Of a stretch of DNA of 64,000 nt, positions 46,981 through 60,445 are shown piece by piece; the first letter of the stretch is position 1; each line of letters starts with the position of its first letter. Origin of the DNA: Antechinus flavipes (Eukaryota); assembly GCF_016432865.1 (NCBI RefSeq), contig NC_067398.1, positions 29,946,001 through 30,010,000 on the forward strand, in the 5' to 3' direction. The notes below the pieces were generated by a model, which ran no database searches, was not told where the DNA came from, and saw only the letters and a program-made list of their open reading frames with translations. A program made the translations under genes and the position numbers.

Positions 46981-49341
46981 GTGAGAATATGACTAGATGA
47001 TCTCAAAAGTACCTGCTAGCTGGAAATCCCATGATCTTATGAGCAGTAGCTTGTCCTTCATCTAATCTTTCCTGTTGAAAGAGAGGATCCAGCCATGGTG
47101 AACCTTCTGCCTTCCCAGATCCCAATTTAAGAAACCCAGCTCCCCTGGAACTTATAGGATCTAAGAGTAGGGTTTCTCTTCTACAAGAAGGAAAATATCA
47201 AAAATCCCTCCCATTTTACGATGAGGTTCAGAAGAAGAGAAGAGTCCTAAAAGCTCAGTAGAAGACAAGTTTTCATTCCAAAGTGAAAGATAGAATTGGA
47301 TGAAATAATTTAGCCACAAAGTTTTTATATGAAACATATTGAAATTGAATGATTTTTGTTCATTGATTTGCAAGCATATGGTAACATTTCCTTTCTGGGG
47401 AAAAAAAAAAAAAACCTTGAAAGTGAGTCCAAATCTACAGAGAATATCTATTTGAGTTTGGAATGTTTTGATTCCCTTTCTTAAGCTTCTAAAAGTTACT
47501 CAGTTGACAAGCCTTTATTAAGTACTTATATACTAGGCACTGTGGATACAAAGAAAGGCAAAACAGCACCTGATTTCAAGGAACATTGACTCCCAGTCTA
47601 AGAGGCAAGACAACATTAAAACAACTGTGTACAAACAAGATCTATACAGGAAAAATTGGAGATTATCTGAAAGGGAAGGAAGTAAGATTAATGAGGTCTG
47701 GGAAAGGCTTTTTGCAAAAGATGGGACTTAAGGAGAAATCTGAAGGAAGTCAGAAGAGATGGAGTGTTATTTTGCCTGCTGCCTTGAGTTTTAGGATTTT
47801 TGTTATTGTTTTTTGCATCTAGATGATGTTCAATAAAAGTTTTTTGGATTTGATTGAACCAAATTTTTTGAGCAAGTAAGCTTTTTGTGTCGTCTCTGAC
47901 CTTAATCCTAATTCATACTATGTTCTCTATGAGGAGATCTCTTTAGGAATTTAAACACCTCCTGTATACCAGACATTGTACTAGATATTGAGACTAAAAG
48001 TCAAGAAGTCGAATATCCTCAAGGAGATTTTATTCTAACTGGGAAGACAACATTTACTCATACACATGGAAAATATTAAGAAAATAAATATAATTTTAAG
48101 GGAAGGCAGTGGCAGTTGGGTATGGAATCAGAGAACATTTCATATAAAATGTAGTACTTGAGATGCAGCTAGAAGGAAACTAGATATTGTAAGAGGCTAA
48201 AATGAGAAAGGAGACACAGACAGGGCAAGAGCATGGAGCCAGGGTTTAGAATTCTGTGTATGACAAATGGTAGAGAAGATCTGTGGTGTGCATGATGGGG
48301 AGTAAGATGAAACAGGGGTAGAAGGGAAGTTTGGGGCTACCTGTGACGGACCAAGCAAAGGGTTTATATTTGATCCTAGGTCTAACAGCCACTGTAATTT
48401 ACTGAGTATTATTACCATATCTTATTTATCTTTTTAAAAAATTTATGTTTTCAACATGTACTTTTATAAGATTTTGATTTCCATTTTTTTCTCCCCTCCC
48501 CAAGACAATAATCAATCTGATATTCCTATATACCCACAATCATATTAAACACATTTCCACATTAGTCATGTTGTAAAAGAAGAATCAGAAGAAAAGGGAA
48601 AAACTAAGAAAAAAAAGCCTTATCTCTTCTATTTCCACAAAATCCTTTGCGATCACCACCTTCCCAGATATTGTATCAGCCAGCCCCCTAGCTGGTCTCC
48701 CTTTTTTCAATGTCTCTCCTCTCTACACAGCTATCAATATAGTTTTCCTAAAGCCCAGAAATGATCAAGCCTCTCTTCTATTGATGAGACTTCTGGGCTC
48801 CCTATTACTTCCAGGATAAAAATAGAAAATCATTACCTTGACATTGAGCATTCCTCATGATTTTGCTCTGGCCACCTAGTGAGAGTCTCCCTTCCTCATA
48901 ATACTAGAACCTTCCCTCTGAGAGCATCTTTACTCGATCATGTTGATTTTGTTTGTATATCGTTGTTGGTGTGTTGTCTTCCCCTTGATCTGGGAAGTGC
49001 CTAGAGAACAGAGATTGTATAGCTTTGGCTTAGCACAGAGCCTGCTCCCTAGTAGGTGCTTGATAAATGCTCAAATACTAGATTTACAGAGTTCAGACTC
49101 TACATGCGTTATTCCTTTTGCATGATTGTTTATTTTCCACTTAGAGATTTCCCTGAAGTGTTCTCCCTCCTCTCTGTTTCATCAGTCTTGCTTCCTTTAA
49201 GATTCAGCTCAGATGCCATCTCCTTTACATGGGATATTCCCAATTCCCATATGGTTCATGCTCACTACCTCCTTTATATATGCTTTATATTTATTAATCT
49301 GATTGTGTGATTCCGTGTTGCAGAAGAATATAAGTCCTTTG

Positions 49342-49960
49342 TGTAGTGGCAAGAAACTGAGTGGCTACCCATCAGTTGAGGAATGACTAAATAGGTTATA
49401 GTATATGAATGTTATGGAATATTATTGTTCTATAAGAAATGATTCAGAGAAGTCTGGAGAGACTTACATGAAGTGATGCTGAGTGAAATGAGCAGAACCA
49501 GGAGATCATTGTACATGGCAATAATAAGACTATTTGTCGATCAATTCTGACAGTCGTGGCTCTTTTCAACAATGAGATGATTGAGGCCAGTTCCAAAGAT
49601 CTTGTGATGATGAGAGCCATCTATACCCAGAAAAAGGACTGTGGAAACTGAGTGTGGATCACAATATAAAATTCTTACTTCTTTTGTTGTTGTTTGCTTG
49701 AATTTTATTTTCTTTTTTCTCACTTTTTTCCTTTTTGATCTGATTCTTCTTGTGCAGCAAGATAATTGTATAAATATGTATATCTATATTGGATTTACAT
49801 ATTTTTTTACCATGTTTAACATATATTGGATTACTTGCATCTATGAGAGGGAGTGAAGGGAAGGGGGGAAATTGAAACACAAGGTTTTGTAAGGGTCAGT
49901 GGTGGAAAATTATCCTTGCATATGTTTTGAAAAGAAAAAGCTTCAATTAAAAAAAAAAAA
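49342..49960 (+). mobile_element. 5'-truncated L1 3' end with poly(A) and 18-bp TSD (1 mismatch)
   Basis: aagaatataagtcctttg at 49324-49341 and aagaatataagccctttg at 49961-49978. gaatgttatggaatattattgttctataagaaatga motif. Confidence 0.9.
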
Positions 49961-50556
49961 AAGAATATAAGCCCTTTGAAGGTAGAGCCATTTGGTTTCT
50001 ATTTCTAAATCCCTGACATCTTGCACAGTATATTATATATTGTTATAGAGTTGTTTTTTAGTCTGTCCAACCTCATTTAGGGTTTTCTTGGAAAAGATAT
50101 GGGAGTGATTTACCATTTCTTCTCTAGTTCATTTTACAGAAGTAATCAGGATTATGTGACTAGCCCAAGGTCACTTAGCTAGTTAAGGTGTGAATCAGAT
50201 TTGAATTCAGGAACATGAATCTTACTAAATTGAGGCCCAGTACTATGCTGCACTTAGCTGTCATCTTGCTTATAGAAGCTACTTAAATACTGAATTGTAT
50301 TGTAAGCTTCTTGAAGGCAGAGAATGACTTGTTTATTTTTATATCTCCCCCAAGACCTAATATGATGCTTTGTATTTCATGAATATCTGTTGAATGACTT
50401 TTCCATTATAATGAAGATTTCATTTCTTCCTAATCTTTGAACATGTCTTATATTGAAGCAATATTTATGCAACACACTTTTTTAATTTAAAAAGAGAGAA
50501 AGGAGAAATCTAGATATAAGCAGTGCCATGCATATTGATTTCTATCAAAGCATTTT

Positions 50557-51072
50557 AAAATGTTTTTATTTTCCCCAGTTATATATAAAAAAACATTTTT
50601 TTTATTATACATGTACTTTTAAAAAAAAATTTCCTTATGCATCACATTGGGAGAGAAAAATCAGAACAAAGGAAAACCACAAAAATAAAAAAACAGAAGA
50701 AAAAGAAAAAAAGGGAACATAGCATAGATTTACATTCCATTTCCATAGTTCTTTCTCTGGATGCAGATGGCATTTATCTAAATTATATTGGGATTGCCTA
50801 GAATCACAGAAACATTGAAAGGAACAAGTCTGTCATAGTTGGTCATTATACAATCTTGCTGTTACTATGTACAATGTATTCCTGGTTCTGCTGATTTCAC
50901 TCAACATTAGTTCATGTAAATCTTTCCAGGCCTTTCTAAAATCATCTTGTTCATCATTTTTTTAGAAAACAATAATATTCCATTGCTTTCATATACCATA
51001 ACTTATTTGGGCATTCACCTATTGAGGGGCATGTGTTCATTTCTTAGCCACCACAAAAAAAGAGTTGCTATA
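50557..51072 (-). mobile_element. 5'-truncated L1 3' end with 13-bp TSD
   Basis: atcaaagcatttt at 50544-50556 and 51073-51085. Antisense L1 motifs (ttcatgtaaatctttccagg, aataatattccatt). Confidence 0.85.
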
Positions 51073-51242
51073 ATCAAAGCATTTTTGAAAAGATAATTAA
51101 TAGAAGCATGTTATATTAACTATATTAATAACTAATATATTAAGTAATAGAATATAATTATAATAACTATATTCACATGTTACTTTAAGGTTTACAAATG
51201 CATATTATGTTTTATTAATATTTATCAAGTATACATTATTAT

Positions 51243-51612
51243 AGAATATTATTGTTCTATAACAAATGATGAACAAGTTGATTTTAGAAAGGCCTGGGAA
51301 GATTTACATGAACTGATGCTGAGCAAAACAAGCAAAACCACAAATACATTGCACACAATAACAGCAAGAATGTGTGATGATCAACTATGAAAGACTTGGT
51401 TCTTTTCAATTCAGTGATTATGGCAAGCTCAATAAACTTCTGCATCCAGAAAAAGAACTAAAGAGATAATGGAAATCAACATTTGTTATGTTCACTTCTT
51501 TTTTCTGTTTTTTTTTTTAATCTTTCCCATGGTTTTTCCGTTTTGCTCTGATTTTTCTCTCCCAACATGAATCATAAATCAATGTGCATTAAAAATAAAT
51601 AAATTTACTACA
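51243..51612 (+). mobile_element. L1 3' end fragment, related to and inverted against 50557-51072
   Basis: gaatattattgttctataacaaatgatgaacaag...ctgggaagatttacatgaactgatgctgag. Confidence 0.8.
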
Positions 51613-52974
51613 AAAGTTTATATTATTAAAGCAAGTCATTTGCATTTGTTAGTATTTTAAAATTCATTTATTAAGATTATTATTTAGAATATTTGTAAAG
51701 TGCTTTTGGTAGCCCTGTTGGTATAAAGCACTGAATCTGAGATCAGAAAGAGCTGTGTTCAAATCCTCCACCCTAAAAATGGGGATAATAAGAGGATTCT
51801 GATGGAAGATCAAAGGAAATATAATTTATAAATTGCTTAGTAAAGTAACAGCTATACAAATATTTATTTCCTTCCCAACTTGATATATGCTTCCTTCCTC
51901 ATTTCATTTGGTCTTCATAGTAATCTTGTGAGATAGGTCCTCTTATTATTCACTTTTTTTAACAGGTGTAGAAACTGAGGCAGAGTGAGGTTAAATGAGT
52001 TTTCAGGTTCAAATAAAACAGTAAGTATCTGAGGCAGGATTCAGTCAGTGCTCTGTCCAGAGCAGCTGCGTTCCCCAGCCATCTTATCCCTGTCCATTTC
52101 ACTTAGGTAACTGGATGCTCACTAAGAGCTGGGGCTGTTGCCCTATCTGCAGATTGGTACCCGATGTGTTCATTGGCAGGACTCCTTGTGTAACAAGGTT
52201 TCAATTATTTAGACGGTAGAGAAGGCAGGCAATGTGCTTAATCTGCTACTAAGGACACAAATTACAGTACAAGGGAAACTAATGATCAGGCGGGGTCTCT
52301 AGCAGGATGTAGCCCTTGCTACATTGTGGCTTGGCCAAGGGCTGAATGGTTCCATCCAGGGAAACATCACTAAAGCGTTCAGCTTCTACATGCAAAAGGT
52401 CTTAGGAGAAGGGGGTGGGAAAAGTGTCCTTCCAAAGTCTTTAATTTTAAATGTTCTCCTGGGGTCTGGCCTCAGCTAGCATGACTAAAATGAAATGTTC
52501 TGCTGCTAGACAGAACAGAGGCAGGCCTGGGGGAGGGGCATCAGTCAGGGCTGAGAGAGCCCCTGGATTCTGCCTTCAGGGACCAAACCGGCTGGGGCTT
52601 TCTGTCCCTCTTCCAGGATGAATAACTCAGACAGCTAATTAACAGTAGATTCAAATAATTAACAGCTGTGAAAGCAGACAACTCTGCTTCAGATGCAGAT
52701 CCGGGACTGAATGAAACCCCTTTTCAAAGGATGGTCTGAAAGACTCAGGGGGAGGAAGTGAAGGCTGGGCGGAGGGTGGGAGTGTGGGGGTGGGGTGCGA
52801 TAGCTCTATTATCTGCAAGATGGTCATCTCCTTTTGAGGCCAAACTATGCAATTAGGATAATAATAATCATCGAAGTTGACACATAACACTTTTAAGGTT
52901 TTTGAAGCACTTTCCATAAAGTATCTTATTTAAGCTTCATGAGATCCCTCCAAGATAAGTTCAAAGGTCAATAT

Positions 52975-53150
52975 CATGCACTGTATTCTGGAACACCAAC
53001 ATTCATCTTGATTTTTGTCCTGTCACTGGACGTTGGTCACTCTGGGGGAGAGAATGAGGGTGACATTTTTTGAAGCTCTGTCTCACTTAAATCTAATTCA
53101 CCAATAAGTTAAGACATTATTCTTGTGAAGGCAATCGTCCTCTTCAAGAA
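52975..53150 (+). mobile_element. RTE-related SINE fragment
   Basis: ctcacttaaatctaattcac...gtcctcttcaagaatg tail shared with RTE 3' ends. Confidence 0.55.
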
Positions 53151-53899
53151 TGGTGTTAGAGGTACTACTATCTTAATTTTCCAGAATAGTAAACTGAGGC
53201 TCAAAGAGATCCTGGACCTGGAAGAGGCTTTAAGGATCAGTTTATCCTAAAAGCCTAATTCTGTTGTTTTTATAGAAGGGGAAACTGAGTCATAGAGAGA
53301 TCTTTTTTTTTTTTTTTTAAAGAATTGCCCAAAATTGCCCAAATAAAAAGTATCAAAGGTAGGATTTGAAGCTAGGTCCTCAGACTCCAGAATCAGTGGC
53401 TTTTTTTTCCCTTCCTCCGTATCTCATTATCTCCTCTAGATGAGGGTATGTAGATATCTCCTCCTTGATTGCCAGGGCCAAGAGTGGTTAAGAGACTTGA
53501 CAATGATTGCTGAGCATCATGAGATTCGATTTGAACTCAATTCTTTCTTGATTCTAGCATTCTTTCCATTATATCTGATTCTGAAATTCTGATTTCGTGA
53601 TTCTGAAAACGAGACCCTTCCAAATCCAGGCTAGTATTTTTGCTGCCCTTCCAGAAGACTGGGTCTAATCAGGAACAGACAACAATCCAACTCTATAAAT
53701 ACAAACTATAAACCGTGTTTCAGCATCGCTGTAACAATTAAGGGAATAACTTTAGAAATACGCCACACAAATAGTGTCTGTTCCAAATGCTGCAGACTGT
53801 TCTCAGCTACTCAGTCTACAAGAAATAAAGGCAATGTCCTAGGTAGTGGGAAGAGAATTAAGGTTAGAATCAGAAAAGTGAATATCTGAGCCACTTCAT

Positions 53900-54345
53900 A
53901 GCTCAGTAGAACAGTAGAGTATTGAGTAGAGTCAGGGAGAATTGAGTTCAAATCCTACTTCTGTCTGCCTCAGTTTCCTCATCTGTTCAGTTGTTTCAGT
54001 CATGTCTGACTCTTCGTGACTCCATTCAGGATTTACTTGGCAAAGACAGTGGTGTGGTTTACCATTTCCTTCTCCAGCTCATTTTGTAGATAAGGAAACT
54101 GAGGGAAACAGGGTTAAGTGACTTGCTTAGGGTCCTATAACTCGTATGTATCTGAAGCTGGATTTGAATTCAAGTCATCCTGATTCCAGGCTGGATGCTC
54201 TATCTACTGTACCACCAAATGGAGGAAATAATAGCACCTACTTCTAAAGATTATTATGAGGATTAAATGAGATAATGTTTGTAAAGTACTTTGCAAACCA
54301 TAAAATCATATAAATGCTAATTATAATAATTGTTGTTATTAGGAG
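53900..54345. mobile_element. MIR-like SINE (+) interrupted at its CORE by a Mar1-like SINE (-, about 53988-54218)
   Basis: cctcagtttcctcatctgt is followed by the antisense Mar1, after which aaatggaggaaataatagcacctac resumes the MIR. Confidence 0.75.
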
Positions 54346-55319
54346 GGAAAGGGGTAAGCACTTATTAAGCACCTGCTACATACTAGGCACTGTCCTAAGT
54401 GCTTTACAAATACTATATCATTATTATTACTATGTGACCTTAAGTATTTCATGATTATTATTTATTAGATATGTTACTGTACTTCTTAGTGCCTCATTGC
54501 CTTCATCTGCAAGATGGAAGAAATAATTCCTATGTTAAATTTCTCAAAATATTGTTGTGAAACTCAAATGAGAAATGTAACCAAAGAAAAAAAGGAAAAA
54601 ATATTCTTTAGTGATTGGAGAGTGACTCAAAAGAGGGGAAACACAAAATAGGGCAACCAATCAGGAAGGTTTTTCAAAAATCCAAGCAAGGATTGAAGAT
54701 GGCAAAGTTGGGGTGGTGAGAGGAGACAGGAGAGAAGGAAATGGATGCAAGAGATGTTGTGGAGGTAGTATTGAGAAGGTTTGGTAACTGATGGGAAAAG
54801 AGGAATGAGAAAGGAAGAAAGAGTGCAAGATGATACTGTGTTTACTAACCGGGGTGACAGGAAGGATGCTGGTGCCCTTGACAAAGCAGACATTTAAAAC
54901 AAGCATATGTTTGCAAGGAAAGTGAATTCTATTGTGGGTCTGTTGAGTTTGAAATGATACAAGACCACTCATTTATTATAGATAATAATAATAAGCAATT
55001 CAGGACTGGAGCTCAGAAGAAAGATAAGGTATCACTACAGACATCAAAGAAAATCCCTATAAAACATTTCACAAAACCAAGTGCAATATAAATGTAGCTC
55101 TTATGATTTCAAAGTTGGTTCTTGACCATGGCAAGATGAAGTTTTTCTTATTTTTAAAGGGATGTGCTGACTTTGCTGCTTTAGAAAAATGCCTGTCCAC
55201 CATTCAATTAAAATGTCTGATTCTGAGCCCAATTTCTGCCAAGATAAACTCTCCATCTTAAATCTGTCTTGGCCTTAGTTAAATACTGGTTGTTACACTT
55301 GCTAAATGTAATGATGAGA

Positions 55320-55660
55320 AGTGAGCCCTCAAGGTTTCTCTGAAGAGCTTTGGAATCGATTGTAAGACATGGCCGACACCTGCAAAGGATCACCCAGCAT
55401 GCCGCGACTGCTTGAAGGAAGGATCTGGGCTCCGTGAGTGAAGCAGAATTACAGTAGCTCAAAAGACACGTAAGATGCTCAAATTCAGAGCTATCTCCAC
55501 TCCAGATGTTCCTATGGACTATTTGTGCCCAACCTGTGGCAGAGCCTGTGGAACTTGTATTAGTCTGATGAGCCACAGTCGGACATGCTGTGTCTTGACC
55601 CCAACGTACTAATGTCATTTTAATCCTCTTTGAGAATGAAGGTCAACAATCGAGCAACCA
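55320..55660 (+). mobile_element. RTE LINE 3' end (degenerate C-terminal zinc-finger region)
   Basis: gactatttgtgcccaacctgtggcagagcc...agtctgatgagccacagtcggaca translates as DYLCPTCGRA...SLMSHSRT. Tail tcctctttgagaatgaagg. Confidence 0.8.
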
Positions 55661-57059
55661 ATAATAATGAGAAATGAGTTATCCTGGTATTAAAAGAGAT
55701 TATGCCAGATATTTATACACTGGACATCATATTTTCACATTTGAGTAAATAAAATGCCTCCCTATTCTTTCATAGTATTGCTTTCCTATAAAAGAGCTCT
55801 CAGTTTGAAATCTCGCCAATATTAGACAAAGCATTTCATTTTCTGGGCCACAATTTCCCTTTCTATGATATGGTTGTATTGGACAAATGGCCTCTTTAAG
55901 TTTTCTTCGAGCTCTCAATGTGTGATCCCATGGTCCTAGAAGCATATTTTAAGAATATTATTTTCCAAAAACAAGAGTTTTGCTTTTTTCCCCTAGGGTA
56001 GATTTGTGTTTTGCTAAGTCATCCAACCAATTAATTTTCATCTCATGGACCATTCTGTATAAGACTCTTAGGATTCAAAAGATAGGAATATTTAATCCAT
56101 TGCAACTACGACCTTTTGTAGTCACATTACTGTGAGTGAAGTTTTAGGAGAGACCAATATGGACAATAAGCAAACAGAAAGGAAATGCCAATTGCATTCT
56201 TTAAAAAGTAACCAAAATAAGTTTGTTTTTTCTGTTGTTGTTTTTAGAGGCCACAGAGAGACATGAGAAAATGTAATTTTTATCCTGGCAATCTAAAGTC
56301 ATCAATGAAAAAAATAGATAATATAATAAATTCTATATGGGTTATATAGGCCAGGAAGACCAGGCAGCTACCCAGTGAAAGGAGGGGGGAACATACAAGG
56401 AGAGCCAGTTAAAGGGAGATGCCCAGCTATGAGTATGGGTCCTGACTCCAAAGCAATTTTACCAGCCTATTTTTTTGCTTACTTGATTGCCGGCTTACTT
56501 GATATGGACACATTTATAGGAGACACCGACTCCTTTTGTCTCTCTCAGTATAAACCCATTCAGCCTCTGAGATCTGCAGGCCACATGGGGATCAGGGTGA
56601 TTGCTGGGACAGAGACAACCTTCTGGGAGCAGCTGTATACACAGCTTGCTTTCCCTGGGGCCAGTCAAAGAAGGGGACCCATGGGGCGGCTGTGAAGAGG
56701 ATGCTTTCTTGTTCTCTTCCTGAATGAGTGAGTGTGTCTGCCTAGTTGATACAATATTCAAGAAACCCTGCAGTTAAACCACTTGAGGGTGAGGATTTGT
56801 CTGTGTTCTTTGAAATTCTGAACCTGATTAGCACACTCAGAATGACTTATTTTTAAGATTATCTTCCTAAATGTGCCAGAACAATTAAAGCTCATTATTT
56901 CTCAATAGTTATATTACATACAATTATGAGAAGGTAGGAAGTATGGAAAGAAAAAATGCCTTGGATTTGTGATCAGGAGACATGGGAACCAGATTCTAGC
57001 TCACCATTGGCTTGTGATACCATGAGTTGTTCTTGTGTATCACAACATTCTCAATTTAT

Positions 57060-57360
57060 TTCTTAAGAACTTCAGGATCAATTGTATGACACAGGACCGC
57101 CCAGCTTGGTGTGCCCTCTTCAAAGAAGGGGCTGTGCTCTATGAGCAAAGAAGAATTGAATTAGCCCAAAGGAAACAGGAGATGCTCAAAGTTAGAGAAT
57201 CCCCCTCAAATGGTCAGAAGGACTATTTGTGTCCAACTCGTGGCAGAGCATTCCAAGCCCATATTGGTCTGATCATACACAGTCAGACACACAATAACTA
57301 CACTGTAACATAGTGATATCATTTTGGTGCTCTTTGGGAATGAAGGATGACAACTAACTA
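57060..57360 (+). mobile_element. RTE LINE 3' end
   Basis: ORF 57035..57313 ends DYLCPTRGRAFQAHIGLIIHSQTH. Tail ctctttgggaatgaagg. Confidence 0.8.
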
Positions 57361-57361
57361 A

Positions 57362-57665
57362 TCAACCATATGTACATATGTATACATGTATGTATATGTA
57401 TATGTTTTCCAATACACATGTATGTGTGTAATGATGCATGTATATAGAGTTTCCCAAAAGTTTTAAGATTTAATAGCTTAAAATTGCAGTAAAAAACTGG
57501 GAACTATATATATGTATTTATATATGTGTGTGTATATATAAATATTTATACATATTTATGTGGGCATACAATATACACAAGCATACACAAAACACAGGTG
57601 CACATATATAAATGCATCCCCACATAGATATGACATGTGTAAATAATATACATATTGTATAATTT
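57362..57665. repeat. (TA/TG/CA) low-complexity tract containing a degenerate TA-flanked mariner-like MITE (about 57444-57507)
   Basis: tatagagtttcccaaaagttttaag...cttaaaattgcagtaaaaaactgggaactata has imperfect inverted ends. Confidence 0.5.
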
Positions 57666-57789
57666 TAAAATTTGTATAGCTCTTTGTACATATTATGTTA
57701 TTGAGTCTCACAGAAACTTCTTAATTCCTAATTTAAATAATGAAGAAACAAATTTTTCTAATTTTGCAAATGTCTCTTGTACTTTGTAA

Positions 57790-58020
57790 CTACTAGGTAG
57801 TACAATTGATTAAGTACCAAGTTTGGAGTCAGGAAGATTCATCTTTCTAAATTCAAAATCAAATTGGGTGATCCTGGGCAAGTTACTTAATCCTATTTGC
57901 CTTGGTTTCTTCATCTATAAAATGAACTGGAGAAGGAAATGGTAAAGCACACTGGTATCCTTGTCAAAAAAAGCCCTAAACAGGGTCAAAAAGAGTCAGA
58001 CATGACTCAAACAATGACAC
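57790..58020 (+). mobile_element. Mar1-like CORE-SINE
   Basis: Head, CORE and ctggagaaggaaatgg...aagagtcagacatgactcaaac tail. Confidence 0.8.
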
Positions 58021-59973
58021 TCAAAATTCCTTTTAGTTCTAAAGCAATAATCCAGAGTTCTTTCTCCCAAAACAAGCATGTTTAAAGAAAGGGTGGTGGT
58101 TTAATCAAACATCTGAGAGTAAAGCACATAAGCATTGGATAAACTTTGGTTTTTTAAAAAAATAATATCCAACCATCTGCTCCTAAATTTAGCTATTCCA
58201 TATAATCAACAGTGAAGTAAAAAAAAAAGAATTAAACTACCACAAGTTATTTTTTGATGTCAATTTATCTCCAAATTAATAAATACAAGCACTTATTGGC
58301 TAAAGAGAAGACTGCTGACTAGGAAAGGAAGATAATGTTACTTGGTTTAGGCAAGATTTTTTAAAAATTTTTTGTTATTATTATTGTAATCACCTGCATC
58401 AAATCTAGAATGGTTAAGACATTACAAGTTTCTGTTCTCTAGAGAATATTCGCAAAGATATGTATTTGAAATCAAATCATTACTAAATGTGTAGAAATAT
58501 ATCATTAATTATAATAATTATATGGTCATAATTATATGACCACCTAATATTTCCTACATTATAAAGTCTGGTAAAATATAATCATCAAATGAGAAATAAA
58601 AATTAGACAGTGAATAAAAATTCCTCAGGAACACACACACATATATTTATATTTTTCTTTAAAGTGTTAATTGCAACATTTGGAAATTATAGGGGATTAA
58701 GATAATCTTTTTTTGGACTATGCTCCCAATTTGCATTCACCCTGGCAGGGTATCATCCACAGAGTGCCTAACATCTCATATTCTAGAATTATCCTATAAG
58801 TCTATCATCTTAAATTTAGAGTTCATGATCTCCCACCTGTAGATTTACCTTTAATAGTCAACAAACACTTATTAAGCGCCTACTAAGTGTTAGGCATTGT
58901 GCTAAGCAAAAAACACATGATGGAGTAAGGATCTAAGAAGATTGGTGGGAGATGGGGGATAGGTGATAAAGGTCATTGAGGGGCAAACAAAGGATTTCAT
59001 AATTTATAATTGACCTAATAAATTCTGACTTTTATAGAATGGGGCAAGAAAGGGTCAGCTCCCTTCCTTTGGAAGATCAACTTGGCAGTTGCATGAAGGA
59101 TGGATTTGAATGGGGAGAGACTTGATTTTTTTACTCCCAGTCTCTTCAGAGTTTCAATTCCACATTTCCAGGAGCCTTCTAGTTATCTCCATATGGACGT
59201 CCTACTGCCAAATTACACTCGAAAAGTGGAAAAAAAATTAATTCCTCTTCTGCCTATTATCCCCTCCAAATCTGGTCCTGACTAATTTCTCTATTTCTTT
59301 TCATGCCCAACTCTCCATGTCCTAGACATGGAACCTTGTGGTCATCTTTGAGTCGTCCTTCCCTCTCATTTCCCTATCTCATGCATCAAATCAGAAACCA
59401 AGTCCTCTTATTTCTACCTCTGCATTCACCCTTTTATTTGACTTTGTATCCACAGCACTTGGCACAGTGCCTGACTTGTGATGAATACTTAATATATATT
59501 TCTTCACTCATTGTCTCTACCCCACCGTACTTTCTGCAATTGTACTACTTTAAACCCCTACTCCTTCTCACCTAAATGACTGAAATAGCTTCCAAATTAT
59601 ATCACTCCTCTAATTTGTGATACATCTAATTTTTAATTGCATCAGAATGATGAAGTCCCTCTTCTCCTCAAAAGTCCTAACTGGCTTCTTATCTTCTCTC
59701 TGGTAAAGCATCAATTCTAATTTGTGATGTTCTGTGCCTTTTACAATCTGGTTTCAACTACTTTGAGTCTATTTTCAATCTATTTCATTTAAAGAGTCAG
59801 CATTATAGTCAAGTCAACCCTACTCTTCTCTAGGTGAAAATGATTTCTCACTACCCAAAATTTGGATAGCATTTCTCTGGACTTTTGCTTTTTTCTCATC
59901 TCATTCTCCCTCATTTTATAGCTAAGTAGTCACTTGCTCTTCCCCTTACATCACAATCTCTTTGAAAACAATG

Positions 59974-60445
59974 CTATATGATGATCAATTCTGATGGATG
60001 TGGCCCTCTTCAACAATGAGATGAACCAAATCAGTTCCAATAGAGCAGTAATGAACCGAACCAGCTCCATCCAGGGAAAGAACTCTGGGAGATGATTATG
60101 AACCACTACATAGAATTCCCAATCCCTCTATTTTTGTCCACATGCACTTTTGATTTCCTTCACAGACTAATTGTATACTATTTCAAAGTCCAATTCTTTT
60201 TGTAGAGCAAAATAACTGTATGGACATGTATACATATATTGTATTTAACTTATACTTTAACTTATTTAGCATGTATTGGTCAACCTGCCATCTGGGGGAA
60301 GGGGTGGAGGAAAGGAGGGGAAAAGTTGGAACAAAAGGTTTTGCAATTGTCAATACTGAAAAATTACCTATGCATATATCTTATAAATAAAAAGCTGTAA
60401 TAAAAAAATAAATAAGAAAAAGAAAAATTCAAAAGAGAAAAAAAA
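59974..60445 (+). mobile_element. 5'-truncated L1 3' UTR with A-rich tail and short TSD
   Basis: gatgatcaattctgatggatgtggccctcttcaacaatgag start and aaataaaaagct tail. aaaacaatg at 59965-59973 and 60446-60454. Confidence 0.85.

Noticed and set aside
13590-60445. Strand bias of L1 insertions as a clue to gene orientation
   Set aside because: Roughly equal numbers on + and - strands, so uninformative.
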